From positions 480,001 through 544,000 of the forward strand of contig CBDBCZ010000017.1 of the NCBI GenBank assembly GCA_965203295.1: a DNA stretch of 64,000 bases, written 5' to 3'. Positions 62,691-64,000 of the stretch are shown one piece after another. The first letter of the stretch is position 1, and every line of letters starts with the position of its first letter. The stretch comes from Nitrospirales bacterium (GTDB taxonomy: Bacteria > Nitrospirota > Nitrospiria > Nitrospirales > UBA8639). A program made the position numbers and the translations under genes. The notes under the pieces were generated by a model. The model ran no database searches and was not told the DNA's origin. It saw only the letters and a program-made list of their open reading frames with translations.

Positions 62691-62899
62691 ACATCCATCT
62701 ACCCCACCCCCCTCCCTGGTGGTATAAATTTATCAATATAATACCCTGACTGAGACTCATGCGTATCTGATTGATCCATTGATGAAACAGTATCTAAAAG
62801 TACTTGTAGATAGTTGTAGAGACAGAAGAGAATTAGAATGAGAAACCGAGCATAAGTACACTCACATTCTCATACGTAACTAAGGGGTATGTACCCCTT

Positions 62900-63365
62900 A
62901 GTTATTGCTTATTTGTGCCTTATAAATGCTCTTTCTGTTTAGGAGTTTGTAGTAGCATGATGTAGTTATGTGTTTGGTTGGTTTCTGGTCATAATTATTT
63001 ATGTTGGTTTTAAATTATACCCCTACTTATTGCTTTTTTGTGCATTATATAGCTAGGCTCTTGTCTGTTTAGGAGTTTGTTGTAGCATGATGTAGTTCTG
63101 TGTTTGGTTGGTTTCTGGTTATTATTATTTATGTTGGTTTTAAATTATACCCCTTACTTTTTGCTTTTTTGTGCATTATATAGCTAGGCTCTTGTCTGTT
63201 TAGGAGTTTGTAGTAGCATGATGTAGTTATGTGTTTGGTTGGTTTCTGGTCATAATTATTTATGTTGGTTTACCCCCTAGTTATTGTTTATTTGTGCATT
63301 AAATGTGTGCTGTTGTCTGTTTAGGAGTTTGTAGTAGCACAATGTAGTTGTGTGTTTGGTTTGTT
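62900..63365. repeat. ~130-bp tandem repeat, ~3.5 units, subterminal in the KDZ element
   Basis: ctgtttaggagtttgt.gtagca recurs at ~62935, 63065, 63196 and 63317. Confidence 0.92.
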
Positions 63366-64000
63366 TTGTTGGCTGTAGCTATAGCTACATGTAAGTACAT
63401 TTTTTCCTTTCTCTGATTTGTGTATAGTTATCTTAGTAATGGCTCCTGTAGCTTGACTTTAGTTTGCACACCACTCTATTGGTTCAACAGTATGTTTGTA
63501 GAGTTGTGCAATTCTTGGCGTAAGGTTTCTGTAAATTTTATCCCGAGACACTTACCCCGAGCTTCCAAATACACGAACTTTCCGCAGACTCATTATATAC
63601 CCCGAGACTCCGCTCGAATTCATGGGTTTAATTTTCGCGCGGCTATCGTTAATCATTTTTCGCGCGGTCGTTAATTATTTGCGTAGGAGTGCAACTCGAC
63701 CAATCACATTGCCGTTTTGATAAGAGCTGCGGTACTGTTGCTAGGCAGTAGCTGTCACGTGATCCCAGTTCAAAGTTCAAAGGTTAACAGCCCCAACAGT
63801 TTACGTACTTACGTATGTTGCCAGACGGACTTTCCGCGAAATTTCCGTCAGGGCACGAGACTAGTGTGGCAGGGGAATGTGGTGAAGCCGTAGAGCACGC
63901 ATATTCATTAACCGCGCGGGCGGCGCTTTAAGTAAATAGCACAGCTAAGGGGGCATCTCCAAATGAAAATTCTACGCTTAGCGTCATAGTGACGTTAAAA

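Larger units (their letters stand above)
42527..63740. mobile_element. 21.2-kb KDZ/Zisupton-like DNA transposon with helicase-like second gene and nested insertions
   Basis: 8-bp TSD CTAGGCAG (42519-42526 and 63741-63748). Ends align without gaps as inverted repeats from position 9 (CCGCAGCTCYTATCAAA...GATTGG). The rejoined flanks match the uninterrupted paralogous sequence at ~18576-18616. Confidence 0.88.

Overview
Intron-rich animal genomic DNA with short GT-AG introns, many microsatellites and TACATGTA-rich non-coding sequence. A demosponge-like source is a guess only. The left part holds an at least 10-exon neutral sphingomyelinase (SMPD2-like) gene on the minus strand. It is followed by three tandem five-coding-exon sulfotransferase genes (WSCD-like catalytic domain, no WSC domain) riddled with MITEs. 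Between copies 2 and 3 lie a dead CR1/L2-type LINE and a long-TIR Mutator-like remnant into which an apparently intact Ginger1 transposon (integrase-Ulp1-PHD) has inserted. The main discovery is a 21.2-kb insertion (42527-63740) bounded by an 8-bp TSD (CTAGGCAG) and offset imperfect TIRs, with a paralogous empty site inside the window. Its ~11-kb core carries two divergent, spliced genes with open frames: a KDZ/Zisupton-type (HMGXB3-like) transposase and a P-loop ATPase resembling phage/ICE DUF927-Cch helicases. It also carries a 21-bp minisatellite, a (TAACCC)n tract and 130-bp repeats. Nested inside it are an ISL2EU transposon, a satellite-laden CACTA-like element and a 637-bp hairpin element. 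All gene models were assembled by eye; family assignments rest on motifs, not database searches.
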